From Octopus vulgaris (taxonomy: Eukaryota), in assembly GCA_951406725.2 (NCBI GenBank), contig OX597833.1, forward strand, positions 38,006,001 to 38,070,000: 64,000 nucleotides of DNA. Reading direction: 5' to 3'. This document shows positions 50,480 to 63,165 of this stretch, piece by piece (positions within the stretch are counted from its first letter, which is position 1; the number at the start of each line of letters is the position of its first letter). Under the pieces are notes generated by a model. That model searched no databases. It was not told the origin of the DNA and saw only the letters and a program-made list of their open reading frames with translations. A program made the position numbers and the translations under genes.

Positions 50480-50690
50480 CTTAGTTGACGTTCTAGGTAG
50501 GTCTTCTGTTCTTTCTCTTCAATTGGATACTCTGGTATTTCAAAAGGGGCTGATGCTACTTTGAGAGAATTGGACTGGCTCCGATGAAGAATTGAATCAG
50601 CCACTTTACGGAACTCATCATCAACTGTTTTAGTCACGTGTTTCGACATTTTTATATCACTTGGACACAAAGTATGACTCTCGGGTGAGT
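50480..50690 (-). CDS. AMPD2: Internal coding exon (211 nt, phase 1 to phase 2) of an AMP deaminase 2-like gene, N-terminal region
   Basis: Acceptor tgtttttgacag| and donor AAG|gtgagt. The peptide VDDEFRKVADSILHRSQSNSLKVASAPFEIPEYPIEEKEQKTYLERQL matches, from memory, the AMPD2 N-terminal motif SAPYEFPE..PIEQ.E....LERQIS. Confidence 0.8.
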
Positions 50691-51269
50691 CTGTCAAAAA
50701 CAACAGACAGGCAAATGAGAATACACGAATTTAAAGTGTTCAGAAGATAAGGAAGAAATATTCAAACTCTAATATTTTTACACAATGACTGTCAACTTGA
50801 TTATAAAGATGCTGAATGGTACAGCTTTTAAATGACCTCGTTTCAAACTGAACTTATTAAATGAACTTATTAAAGCAACAACAATATAGCTTATCTCACA
50901 ATCAGGACAGTGTACACAGTGTGGTAATGTGTGTGTATGTGTGTGAGCACACGTGTCTGTGTGTGTACATATATATATGTGTATGTGAGAGCATATATAT
51001 ACTTACACACACACACATATATACATATGTGTGTGTGTGTGTGTTGTTCTCTTAAGGGCCTATACTTATTCTACTTCTCAAACCACTGACTTTGTTGCAT
51101 ACAAAAGCAGTATGTTTTTACCACCTAAAATTTTATACAACACATACTTAGAGAGACATATAGAATTGTGGGGAATGTGCTATGTACTAGTGCCTAGTAT
51201 ATCTAAACACTATCATTCCAGCCATAAAATACCTTGTTGGCCAGGTACTAATTCTGAAATAAAAGGCTT

Positions 51270-51660
51270 GGGTGTGTGATAAAAAGTTTGCTTCCCCAAC
51301 CACATGGTTCTGGGTTCATTCCCAAGGCATGGCACCTTGGGCAAGTGTCTTCTACCAAAGCCTTTTGAGTGGATTTGGTGGACAGAAACTGAAAGAAGCC
51401 CATCATATGTATGTGTGTGTGTGCGCACACATGCATGTGTGTGTTTGTCTTTGTGTCATTGTTTGTCCCCCACCACCACTTGACAACCAGTACTGCTGTG
51501 TTTACAGACCCCCCATAACTTAGCGGTTTGGCAAACAGAGAAATAGAATAAGTATCAGGCTTTAAAAAAAAATAAGTACTGAGGTGCATTCATTCGACAA
51601 AGATTCTTCAAGGTGGTGCCCCAGCATGGCCATAATCTAATAACTGAAACAAGCAAAAGA
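51270..51660 (+). mobile_element. Major-family SINE
   Basis: Head CCAACCACATGGTTCTGGGTTC...GGCACCTTGGGCAAGTGTCTTC and conserved tail. Confidence 0.85.
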
Positions 51661-52534
51661 ATATTAAATACACACAAACTCACAGAAAGAGAGAATGTAT
51701 GAAGATAAAGAAAAGAATCCCAGGTCTGAGGAGCTGAGACAAAATGAGGAGGATTCAAGAAAGGAGATGTTAAATGAATGTTAATTGTAATAGAGTGGTA
51801 GTAGAATAGGAGTGTTAGTGTGAGGTGCAGGAAAGTCAGTTTATAAGATTAAACTGTTTTCCTTTCTCCTTCCCTTTCTCTTGATTTTTCCCCCCTTTCT
51901 GTTATTTTCTTTCTCTTCCTCTTCAGATCTCTCTCTCTCACTCTCTCTCTCTCATTCTCTTATATCACAACACTTATACATACATAAAACACATACACAC
52001 TCACAACTCTCAGATTATATTGTTTAAAAAGTATAAACTGCGAGTTAAGAGTGTGATACAATAGAGCTTTTAAAATTCTTCATTTAAAAATGCAGCTGCA
52101 ATAGTCTGAAAACGTCAAAGATGAATTTTCAAAGTTTGATGTTCCAAAAGCATTGCAAAGGTCTTCAAAAAGTTAGTATACAATTTCAAATACCATGCAA
52201 GACAGAACATACACGCACAGTGGACTCTCATGTCATAGATGACAAATGAGCATTCTGCAATTCTTGGCTGAACAACTTGCATGGATGATGATGTGTTCAT
52301 AATCATTAAATGCATGTGCTATAGCCCACTCTCTCCATCAAATCAACATTGCCTGAACAGATGCATGGTGTGTCGTATGTCAGATATTGTAGTACTCGCA
52401 GAGCGATATGACATGAAGTGTCCAGCTCCAGAGCACAATGGACCACCCAGTCTGGGAATGGAAACCACAATCTCATCACAATCATGAGTGCATCATCCTA
52501 ACCACTAGGCCATGTGCTCTCACTACAATAATCC

Positions 52535-52603
<69 letters not shown>

Positions 52604-52628
52604 CACACACATATATACACATGTACAT

Positions 52629-52668
<40 letters not shown>

Positions 52669-52699
52669 CACACACACATATATACACATGTATATATAC

Positions 52700-53108
52700 A
52701 TATTAATAGTTATCGCCATACTTATATGGCAGTCTTATACATATAACACTAAAGCTGTCGCTGATTAGCTCCATGAAGCCACCGCCTCAAGCTAGCTATT
52801 TGACACACAATCTGCGTCCATTGTAAACCTTCGAACAGGGGAGGTCAGCCGCTTCATCCTGCCAGTCAGACAGCAGCAGACATGTTTCAGGGTATTTGCC
52901 CTTTATCAATGCAGCGTAGTCAGACCCAGCAGGTGTCGCTACTGACTGTCCCTGTTCAAAGAATCTATTTACCTAGTTTCAGTGGAATACATCCACTTGT
53001 TTTCAATAATAGAAATATTAAAATTACTAAGTCTCTCTAAAGGAGATTATAGCAGCGTTACTGGAAATTAATAGTTATCGCCATACTTTAGAGAAACTTA
53101 GTAATTTT
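52700..53108 (-). mobile_element. Penelope-like pLTR fragment with hammerhead, terminal direct repeat and inversion
   Basis: ATTAATAGTTATCGCCATACTT at about 52702 and 53067; AAATTACTAAGTCTCTCTAAAG (about 53021) inverted at about 53086-53108. Confidence 0.7.
52873..52915 (-). ncRNA. Minimal type I hammerhead with variant U3-A8 core
   Basis: Minus gctgca-TTGATAA-aggg-caaata-ccct-GAAA-catg-TC-tgctgc; palindromic helix III ACATGT; GUC site. Confidence 0.72.
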
Positions 53109-53129
53109 GAGATAAGAGAGCTCCCAGTG

Positions 53130-53467
53130 TTTTTAAATATGTGGCTGGGTTGGTGTGTTGGTTGAAGTGTCAATGCTTAAACCCAAGCATGTGCATTGTG
53201 TTCACATAATCTCAGATGGAGAATTTTTGTAATGTCTTACAAATCTTCACTGTGCCATTAATAGACTGGAATTTGGAGGATCCACATCAGTTTCTTTTGC
53301 TCCTTCTCTTTAAAACTAAGTATTTCTAGGATTTTGTGCAAACTTCTTGGTATATAACCTAATGCACCTAAGACAATAAGTACAAATAAGAATTCATACT
53401 CAAAGTACAAGAGCTGTAAGTTCATAAATTTGCCATAAATGTTGTTTTTCACAGATTTTTGATTGTA
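53130..53467 (-). mobile_element. 3' end of an RLE-type non-LTR retrotransposon (R4/NeSL-like), degraded
   Basis: KNNIYGKFMNLQLLY..YEF...IVLGALGYIPRSL...LSF, resembling the C-terminus of restriction-like-endonuclease elements. Confidence 0.6.
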
Positions 53468-53907
53468 CACAGGACTGGCTGTGTGGTAAGTAGCTTGCTT
53501 ACTAGCCACATGGTTCCAGGTTCAGTCCCACTGCATGGCACCTTGGGCAAGTGTCTTCTACTATAGCCTCGGGCTGACCAAAGCCTTGTGAGTGGATTTG
53601 GTAAACAGAAACTGAAAGGAACCCGTCGTATATATATATATATATATGTATATAAATATATATGTATGTATATATATGTATATATATGTGTGTGTGTGTG
53701 TGTGTCTGTCTTTGCACTCCCACCCCCCACGCCACCCCCACACACACAACATTGCTTGACAACCGATACTGGTGTGCTTACGTCCCTGTAACTTAGTGGT
53801 TCGGCATAAGAGACCAATACAAAGAATATGTCCTGGAGTTGATTTCCTTGACTAAAAGTGGTGATCCAGCATGGCCACAGTCAAATGACTGAACAAGTAA
53901 AAGAGTA
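53468..53907 (+). mobile_element. Major-family SINE, full length
   Basis: CAGGACTGGCTGTGTGGTAAGTAGCTTGC...CAAATGACTGAACAAGTAAAAGAG. Confidence 0.92.
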
Positions 53908-54377
53908 TGTATGTATGCATGCATGTATGTGCATGTATTCATGTATAAGTATATGCATTTGTAATATTATTGTTTATGTCTAATCAGAGGCTAAAGATTT
54001 CAGATTTCATACTTAAACTATCACAAAAAGAGTTCATTGTAGCAAATATTTTTAATTCCCGATTTAGTCATCCATTTTATGTATCTGAACACATCATTTT
54101 TGTTTTCTTTATTCATTTTTTTTAATCAGCTGTAAAAATAATCAGTGATCCTTTGCCAAAACTATTAGTAGCAATTAGAAATATCAAATTTTCACTGAAG
54201 TTTTGAGAAATGGTGATTTGATCTAATTCTTAGGTATTTACTCACAAAGAATCCAGTGTCTAAGACCAAAAATTCCAGCACAAATAAACATGTACATTTA
54301 TTGAAGGTTTTTGCTCTCTCTCTCTCTCTCGCTCTGACAGTCTTTAAATATCTACCAATACAGAAGTTACTTCTCAA

Positions 54378-54735
54378 ACTGTATGGTAAGAAATTTGCTT
54401 CCTAACCACATGGTTTTAGGTTCAGTCCCACTGTGTGACTGGGCCCCTACTAGAACCAGTAACTCAGGGCCAACTAAAGCCTTGCAAATGGAAGTGGTAG
54501 ATGGAAACCAAAAGAAGCTTGCTGTGTGTGGGGGGGGGGGTGCATGCGTGCGTGTGCACGCTTGAAAACCGGAGTTGGTGTGTTTACATCTCCACCACTT
54601 GGCAATTCAGCACAAGTGACTGATAGAATAAGCACCAGGCTTAAAAATAAGTACTGGAGATGATTTGTTCAACTAGACCCCTGAAGGTTGCTCCAGCATA
54701 GCCACAGTCCAATGACTGAAACAAGTAAAAGACAA
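54378..54735 (+). mobile_element. Major-family SINE, diverged
   Basis: Similarity of head and tail to the other copies. Confidence 0.78.
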
Positions 54736-54809
54736 AGGATAATATGTTTAAAAATGATAAAAATCAGTAGTTCACTGACAAATCCAAAAGCTGTGACATT
54801 TTCTGGTAA

Positions 54810-55232
54810 TGTTACCAGCGTCGCCTTACTGGCACTTATGCCTGTGCTAGTAGGGTGCCAAGAGCACCATCCAAGCATGATCGTTGCCAGAGCAGCCAAC
54901 TGGCTTCCATACACATGGCACGTAAAAGGGCACCATACGAGCATGATCGTTACCAACGTCGCTTCACTGGCACCTATGCCGGTGGAACGTGTAAAAAGAT
55001 TCGAGCGAGGTCGTTGCCAGTGCCGCCTGACTGCACCCCCCACCCCACCTGCCGGTGGCACGTAAAAAGCACCCACTACACTCTTGGAGTGGTTGGCGTT
55101 AGGAAGGGCATCAAGCTGTAGAAACTCTGCCAGATCAAGATTGGAGCCTGGTGAAGCCATCTGGCTTGCCAGCCCTCAGTCAAATCGTCCAACCCATGCT
55201 AGCATGGAAAGCGGACGTTAAACAATGATGAT
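54810..55232 (+). mobile_element. RTE 3'-UTR fragment or RTE-related SINE
   Basis: GGCACGTAAAAAGCACC repeats and GGAGTGGTTGGCGTTAGGAAGGGCATC...GCATGGAAAGCGGACGTTAAAC(GAT)n, shared with 33878-34430; also near 23820-24055, 45503-45760, 57040-57535 and 59190-59420. Confidence 0.88.
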
Positions 55233-56184
55233 GTAATTTAAATGTTTCAAGAGAGAGAGAGAGTGCCTTGATTATAAAAAAACTGAATTGTACAGGTTTA
55301 GATAATCAAGAGGAAACACTTTATATCTAACACTTCTTAAGTTGAACCTTTTAGCATTTAAGCTAGCCATACACAGCCCAAATCTAGTACCTGGTTTCGG
55401 TTGAAACCAGACAGATCCAGTCTATCACATATATTCTCAACAAAGTCATTCTAAAAATAAACAATTGAAATTCCAACATTACAATATAATGCATGAGATA
55501 TTCAAATCAACGTGAATAAATAAGCATTGCATTTGACAGGGTAATCTGAGTGCTAAATGGTTAAAAGGTCAAGACAACTTTCATAAATTCAATGGATGGT
55601 AATATAAGGGATGTTAGTGTGGGTGGGGGGCTCCATTGAGGACATAGAGACGAGGGACACTGACACTAACAGTATCAATGTAGAGATATGCGCTACCTGG
55701 TCTTTTATGGGGACTAAGGTTTATTCTCTCTCAAGTGCATTCCATATATCTGCATACCTTTGTGAGCAAATAAAATGTGTGAGTGTGTGTGTGGGTGGGC
55801 GTGTGCATGCACGTGCGCACGCACACACCCATCATGTCTTTGTGTGTCTGTGAGAGCATGTTCTTTTAAATTCTGGTTATTGCTTTCCCTTTGCTTCAAT
55901 AGACATTGTATTATCTTTGCTTATCATAACCTTTCATTCTTTAGAGTAAGGGATATCTATTTATGGTGAAATCATCAAATCAGGAAATGTAAATTTATGC
56001 ACTCACCTTTGACCTTAAGATATTGACATATAATCAAAACAATGAAAATTCACACCCTCCTCTCTAACCTACAAATCTACCTACCTATAGACATACATAC
56101 CTATTTATCTATCTATCTACCTATTTATCTCTCTTAGTTAATATCACTAAAACCAACAGGCCACATGCTGTGATACCTTCTCTA

Positions 56185-56700
56185 GCTCAAGCCAGTGGGG
56201 CTAGACAGAGGGGATGGTAAAAGGACTGATGGTATGACAGTTTTCCTGTTCTGTGGCAGCAGGCCTCTCATCTGGGATGCCACATGCAGTGATAGCTTTT
56301 CCAGTGGCAACTTGGTGTGTTCAGCTACCTACCCATCTGCCTACCTATATACATACATATCTATTTAACTATCTATCTCCCTTAGAAAATATCACTAAAA
56401 CCAACAGGTCACATGCTGTGACACCTTCTCCAGCAGTAACCCTGATTCCAATACTCAATCATCAGGCAGAGAAAAGCAAACTGTCAAGGTATCAATCGCT
56501 TATGGTCAAGCCTGTGGTAGTGGAAACCTCTTGCATTCTCCACACACACACCACCACCACATCCCTGCTCACCACTATCAGGGCTAAGATGGCTGTCAGC
56601 AAATGCAAGCCCCATACATTCTGTTCTTGTTCATTTCCCTTGTCATCCTCCAGGCAGCGCCTTTCCCATGTTTTCTGTTGGGACCACAACAGGGTCGGAA
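56185..56700 (+). mobile_element. CRE/HERO-like non-LTR element 3' fragment (RLE domain), copy A
   Basis: DGKRTDGMTVF...LIWDATCSDSF, then KLSRYQSL..KPVVVETS..., similar to the RPDG/WDAT/PxAVETxG restriction-like endonuclease motifs. Confidence 0.72.
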
Positions 56701-56826
56701 ATTGTACATTCGACTCCTTAATGTAAAGTTACTCCATATATTGAAAAGAACTGGTTTCATTTGACATGTCCTTCTAAAGAAGAGATTCTGTAACATGTAC
56801 CTTAGAGTTCCTTTCATACAGTATAG

Positions 56827-56895
56827 CAGTGTTTCTCAACCGGGGTTCCCCAGAACCCTAGAGTTCTGCAAAAGGTTCCTAGGGGTTCCACAAGA
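56827..56895 (+). mobile_element. hAT-type MITE left end
   Basis: CAGTGTTTCTCAACCGGGGTTCC terminus; partner end not located. Confidence 0.5.
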
Positions 56896-59589
56896 AAGAG
56901 TGAGATAAGCTAATGCCAATTTCATGATCATACCACATATCATTGGTTATTGCAATATTGTAATATAGACATCAACCTGTCTAACCTATCATGTTATCAA
57001 AACAATATAACAACCACACACACACAAACATATATATATATTTTTTTTTACGTGCCAGGGGAGGCTGGCAGCAGTCACGATTGGTTGGTGCTTTTTACGT
57101 CTCACCGGCACAGAAGCCAGTCAAGGCGGCGCTGGCATCGGCCACGTTCAGTTGATGCTTTTTACGTGCCACCGGCACAGGTATCACAACTACTATTTCC
57201 AGTGATATTTATTTCGATTGAGTGAAGTACATAAACATCAAAATAAATATCAATGGAAATAGTAGTTATGATACCTGTGCCGGTGGCACGTAAAAAGCAC
57301 CATGACTGGCTTCTGTGCTGGTGGCACATAAAAAGCACCAACCGATTGTGGCCGCTGCCAGCCTCCCCTGGCACCTGTGCCAGTGGCACGTAAAAAGCAC
57401 CCACTACACTCACGGAGTGGTTGGCGTTAGGAAGGGCATCCAGCTGTAGAAATACTACCAGATCAGACTGGAGCCTGGTGCAGCCTCCTGGCTTCCCAGA
57501 CCCCAGTTGAACTGTCCAACCCATGCTAGCAATGATGAAAAAAATATGAGAAAGATATGGTATATAATTTATTTTGTGCTTGAGATACATAATTTATTTT
57601 AAGGATTATGCAAAACATTGGCATCAGAAAACAATAATAATAATAAAGCTCATCTGACTCCCCGTTCCAAGCAATACAAATTCTTTTGAAATACACTGCC
57701 TTATTTCATATAACTTTGAAAATAATGAAGAATTTAGTAAAATAACTTGTCTTATAATAAGCTGGTGTTTGGAACATAGATTAACATTAAATTTTCATGT
57801 TAATCTTTTAAATACCAACATCCCTGACCACCATCATCACCATCACCACTGTCACCGTCACAACCTCAAGCTAATGCAGAAGCACTTTGCATGGTCACCG
57901 ACATGCTAGAAATAACAACCAAATCTCCCTTACATCACACCCCAGCCTACTGTCTTTAAACAGGAAGGACACATTGAATAATACAGCATCTGATAACGAT
58001 TATAAAATAATAAACCAAACAAATATAATGAAAAAAAAAACTTGTTAGCGAGAAAAAAGTACCACATTAAGAGGAATGCTATTTGTGAGTGTGGTTTAAG
58101 AGAGACTTGGTTGCTATATCTAGTGGTTTGAATAACTACACAAAGGGTCCCTTGTTATCACATCTCACTTAGGTTTATACTTAATGTATTGAAGTTTAAG
58201 CAGGTTAAACTTCAAAAACAGCAACATTGCAAACTTAAATAAAGAGCTAATATCCTTATGCTGTTTAGTAGTGGAACCAGAAATTATAAATTATAGAACC
58301 AGATAAGATGCCTCTTTCAAAGTATCTAGCTTGGTTCCTTACATTTCCAGTCTCAAATCCTAACCAAATGAACACTTGACTTTCACGAGTCAATACAATT
58401 AATATCACTAAAAATTTACTAGTGTTTTGTCTCTCTCTATCCAAAAACAATACCACAGAGAAATCAAGATTCTAACATTCGCAAATAAAATAGCTTTTTG
58501 AAGCCAGTTCACCTCAAGGCAATGATTTTTGAAAGTGTTCATCATGAAATAGAGGAATTTCACTGTTTTTTTAATTCCTAGTACTAGAGAAATTTGACAA
58601 GTCAGTGGACAGAAATATGCTGCACAATAAGCTTGTTTGTTGAATGGTTATTTTCTGCAAGAATTGATATAATCATTTCCAAAGATTTTGTCTGAGTCAG
58701 AGGGCAAAGTGCAATGCTCATCATCTTTTTGCAGATCCAAGATGGGAGAAAGGGGAGACATAACTCCCATGTAGGAGACTTGGTCCAAACTATTTGCAAC
58801 TGAGTGAACTCTGCTCAAGGCACTCAATGGCTAGGTAGCAGTGATGACAGCAGCAATGTTAAACTGAGTGTTAGGTTTACTCTATCATCCATGAACATAA
58901 GCAGTCCTGTCAACTGGTTACCACACAGTCTCCACCAATCCAGTTTCACTCACAAGGCTTAGGTCGACTAAAGCTATGATACAAGACTCATACCCAAGCT
59001 TAACAGGCTCAAAAGTGTGCAGCATATATCTGTCCACTGACTTGCCAAATAGTTCTAGCACTAGGAATCAAAACAGAATGTAATTCCCCTATTTCATGGT
59101 GAATGCTTCAAAAAGTCATTTCCTTGGGGTGAACTGGCCTTGAAAGGCTATATGATTTGAGAATGTAGAATCAAACCTGGAATTACCATGGATGGCACGT
59201 AAAAAGCACCATTTGAGCGTGGCCATTGCCCTCGTGCCAGTGGCACGTAAAAGCACCCACTACACTCTCGGAGTGGTTGGCATTAGGAAGGGCATGCAGC
59301 TGTAGAAACTTTGCCAGATCAGATTGGAGCCTGGTGCAGCCATCTGGTTCGCCAGCCCTCAGTCAAATCGTCCAACCCATGCTAGCATGGAAAGCGGACG
59401 TTAAATGATGGTGATGATGATGTGAAGTGAACTTTACTGCTGTACTTCTCCTTTTCCCCTTCCCCTCTGACCCAACCCAATTTCACAAATGTAAATGAAA
59501 TAATTATCCTATTTCTCAGAGAATCTCACTGAACAGACAAGAAACTAGTTACGGATTCTTACATTCTCTTAATTTCTTGTAATTCAAAC

Positions 59590-60140
59590 TGCCCCATGGT
59601 GCCAGCAGACAAAATGGAAAAGGCATTGCCCTGAAGGATGGTGGGGGAGATGCACTGGAACTTCCATTCTGACTCATGGGATTTGAACTTGTGGACAGCC
59701 ATCTCCGCCCTGACAGCAGTAAGCAAGTATATGGTCCAGGGGGTCAAGAACACCAGATGTTTCCACTGCCAAAGGCTTGACCATAAACCTGTCAGAGAGC
59801 AACAAGTAACTGATACATGACAGTTTGTTTTCTAAGCCTGATGAATGAGCAGCAGAGGCTGGGCTGGTAGCTGACAACACAAAGTTGCTACTGGAGAAGG
59901 TGTCACAGCATGTGATCTGTTGGTTTTAGTAATATTTACTAAGGGTGATAGATAAATAGCTAAATAGACATGTAGGTATATAGATAGGTAGATGGGTAGG
60001 TAGGTAAATTAGTAGGTCTGAACACACCATGTTGCCGCTGGAAAAGGTATCACTTCATGTGGCATCCCAGATGAGAGGCCTGCTGCCACAGAACAAGAAA
60101 ACTGTCATACCATCAGACCTTTTACCATCACCTCAGTTAG
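59590..60140 (-). mobile_element. CRE/HERO-like RLE fragment, copy B (inverted relative to copy A)
   Basis: Minus GDGKRSDGMTVFLFCGSRPLIWDAT*SDTFSSGN; DRFMVKPLAVETSGVL; WKFQCISPTILQGNAFSIL. Confidence 0.75.
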
Positions 60141-60794
60141 GCCCTACTATGGCATCTAGGCTGTTTTATGATTTCATTAAGGACAGCATGGTGTGAAAAG
60201 TATAGGGGCATGACAAAGGGTAAAGGCTGAAAAAATCCTCAGTGGAACTACAACAGTATTTGTGAAAGGTTTAAGTGATACAAACATATTTCTTCACATA
60301 AACCCATCACAATCTTAAATCTTCTACTGCCAATCAAATTTAACCTTGTTTGACCACTTTTCACTTTTAGATAGCAACAAAAATATTCAAGTATTTATTC
60401 CAAAATGTTTATAATGTTACTGTAATCAACATTCAATACAATCACACATATTCCTGTTCCCACATTTTGAATCAGCTTGATTCTTCAAATTTTGATTCCG
60501 GGATTCTTGATCAGTTTGTAGGGGAACAGATTGGCTTGAGCTGGAGGTTAATTTATTACAGGAAAGCAGACACCTGTCCTCAACATGGAAGATAACTATA
60601 ATAGATGGTGATTGTGTGGGAGGAGGAAAATTAATAGGGATAAAAAGCAGATTCTGAAAATGGAAGTCTGTTATAGTGGTAGAAGATGACAATATATCTT
60701 TCTTTTTTTTTTTTTAAGATTGGAGGGTGTGATTCAAGGGAGATTTTGCTGCTATTTTTAGCAGATCCAATGACAGTAGAGAAGCTTCCTCCAA

Positions 60795-60941
60795 TGGTTG
60801 AGATTTTTGCTTCCCAACCACACTGTTCCAGTTTCAGTCTCACTGCATGGCACCTTGAGCAAGTGTCTTCTACTATAGCCTCAGGCCAACCAAAGCCTTT
60901 GTGGATGGAATTGGTAGATAGAAACTGAAAGAAGCCCATCA

Positions 60942-60991
<50 letters not shown>

Positions 60992-61185
60992 TTTATGCCT
61001 GTGTTTGTCCACACCCCACTGCTTGACAACCAGTGTTGGTTTTCTTTATGTCCCCATACCTTAGTTGTTCAGCGAAAGAGACTGATAGAATAAGTACTAG
61101 GTTTAACAAAAAAATAAAAATTCTTCAAGGCAGTACCCCAGCATGGCTGCAATCTATCGACTGAAACGAGTAAAAGATAAAAGAT
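60795..61185 (+). mobile_element. Major-family SINE with (GT)n core
   Basis: Similarity of head and tail to the other copies. Confidence 0.85.
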
Positions 61186-61705
61186 CTATTGAAAATTTTG
61201 AACAATCAGACAAATAATTTTTCAAATGCTACCATATTGCAGGTATGAAAGTAATAATATAAGTGGAAAGTTTCTAACAGCTGATGTTACTTTAAGCTAA
61301 TAGATTTGTCACACTAGTGACATTCTACTTATGTCATTGTATGTTGAATACAACTGGTAATTAACAACTTGAAGTTATCAAAAGTTAGAGAAAGCCCAAC
61401 CCAAAACATTAAGCATTTTTTCTCATACAACTCACTTCATTTTTTTTACACAAAATTAACCTTTTGCTAATAAATGTTTATTTTTAAAGAAATTATTACC
61501 ATAACAGTTTTCTATCAATTTCAGCTATTCATGCTACGGTTTGCTGAACAATATTTTAATTGGTTCCATCTGAATTCACCATCACATGCCCTACATTATA
61601 CACGCACACACGCACATGCAAACATACATGCTGGCATAGGTTAGACAAGATTCTTTGAGGCAGTATTCCATAGCTGGATGTCCTTCCTAATAAAACTTCT
61701 TTTTA

Positions 61706-63165
61706 AATCATCATCATCATTTAATGTCCATTGTCCATGCTGGCATGGGTTGGTCAGTTTGACCAGCACTGGTAAGCTGACGGATTATACCAGACTCCAG
61801 TCTGATTTGACATGGTTTCTACAGCTGGATGCCCTTCCTAATGCCAACCACTCTGAGAGAGTAATGAGTGCTTTTATGTATCACTGGCATGAGTGCCAGT
61901 TGTGTGACACCAGTATCTGTCACAGCTATGATTTCACTTGGCTTGATGGATCTTCTACTCAAGTATTGTATGTTGCTGAAGGTCTTGGTCATTTGTCATT
62001 ACCTCTCTGAGGCCCAATGCTCAAAAGTGCTTTTTACATATCACCCGCACAGGTGCTAGTAGCACAACATTGGCCACATTGCATCCATGAGGTCCAAAAA
62101 AGGTGCTTAGTTACATGCCACTGGCACGGATGCTACTTACGCAACACCAGCATTGGCCATACTGCCCCATGAGACCCAACGCTTGATAGGTGATTTTTAT
62201 GTGTCACTAGCATGGGTACCAGCCATGCGACACCGGCATCACCATGACTACAATTTCACTTGGCTTGATGAGTCTTCTCAAGCGGAGCATACCACCAAAG
62301 GTCTCGGTTACTAGTTATTGCTTCCGTGGGGCCCAACATTCAAAGATCATGCTTCACCACCATGTCCCATGTCTTCCTGGGTCTACTTCTTCCACAGGCT
62401 CCCTCCACAGTTAGAGATTGGCATTTTTTTTACAGAACTGTCTTTATCCATATGCATCACATAACTAAACCAGTGCAGTCTCTCTTACATACCACATCTG
62501 ATGCCTCTTATGCCCAACTGTTCTTTCAAGATGCTTACACTCTATCATACATGTACACTGACATTGCACATCCAGTGAAGCATGCTAGCTTCATTTCTTC
62601 TAAACCTATGCATGTCCTTGGTGGTAACAGCCCATGTTTCATGGCCATGTAGCATAGCTGTTCACACACAGTAATCATACAGTCAACTTTTCAGTCTGAC
62701 AGAGAGGCCCTTTGTTACTAACAGAAATAGGAGCTCTCTGAACTTTGCCCTGTCTATTCTCATAGCTACACTCTTGGAACATCCACCTCTGCTACTGACT
62801 TGGTCATCTAGATAATGGAAGCTATCAACTAACTCTAGCTGACCCACCTGGCATTTGATGGAGTCTATTTTCTGTGCATTTTTAGTTTTTATTGTACCTG
62901 TGCACCTTCCACACACAAAGACTATTTTCCCAGTTAACCTACCTCTGATATTGCTGCACTTCTTATGTATCCATAGCTTACATCGGGTACATCTTATGGA
63001 ATTTCTAACCATGCCTTTCCTCAGATCAAGCAGGGCTGTCTACCCAAAGGTGTTTGTGATTTGTCTGCCTTCCTACTTACTAAGACTTTGGTTTTTGACA
63101 GGTTAACTCTAAGGGCCTTCAATTTTAGACCTTGTTTCCACACCTGAAATTTCTTCTCTAGTTCT
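61706..63165 (-). mobile_element. Older, degraded copy of the same RTE LINE (RT C-terminal half, PHD insert, 3' UTR)
   Basis: VRNSIRCTRCKLWIHKKCSNIRGRLTGKIVFVCGRC...VDSFHYL...AKFRELL matches 34432-35345. Confidence 0.92.

Noticed and set aside
14716-52915. Hypothesis that hammerheads sense to the host gene are selectively inactivated
   Set aside because: Too few cases; decayed motifs occur on both strands and two minus-strand motifs look potentially active.
60426-60692. 88-aa minus-strand ORF as an upstream AMPD exon
   Set aside because: No recognisable homology or clear splice boundaries.
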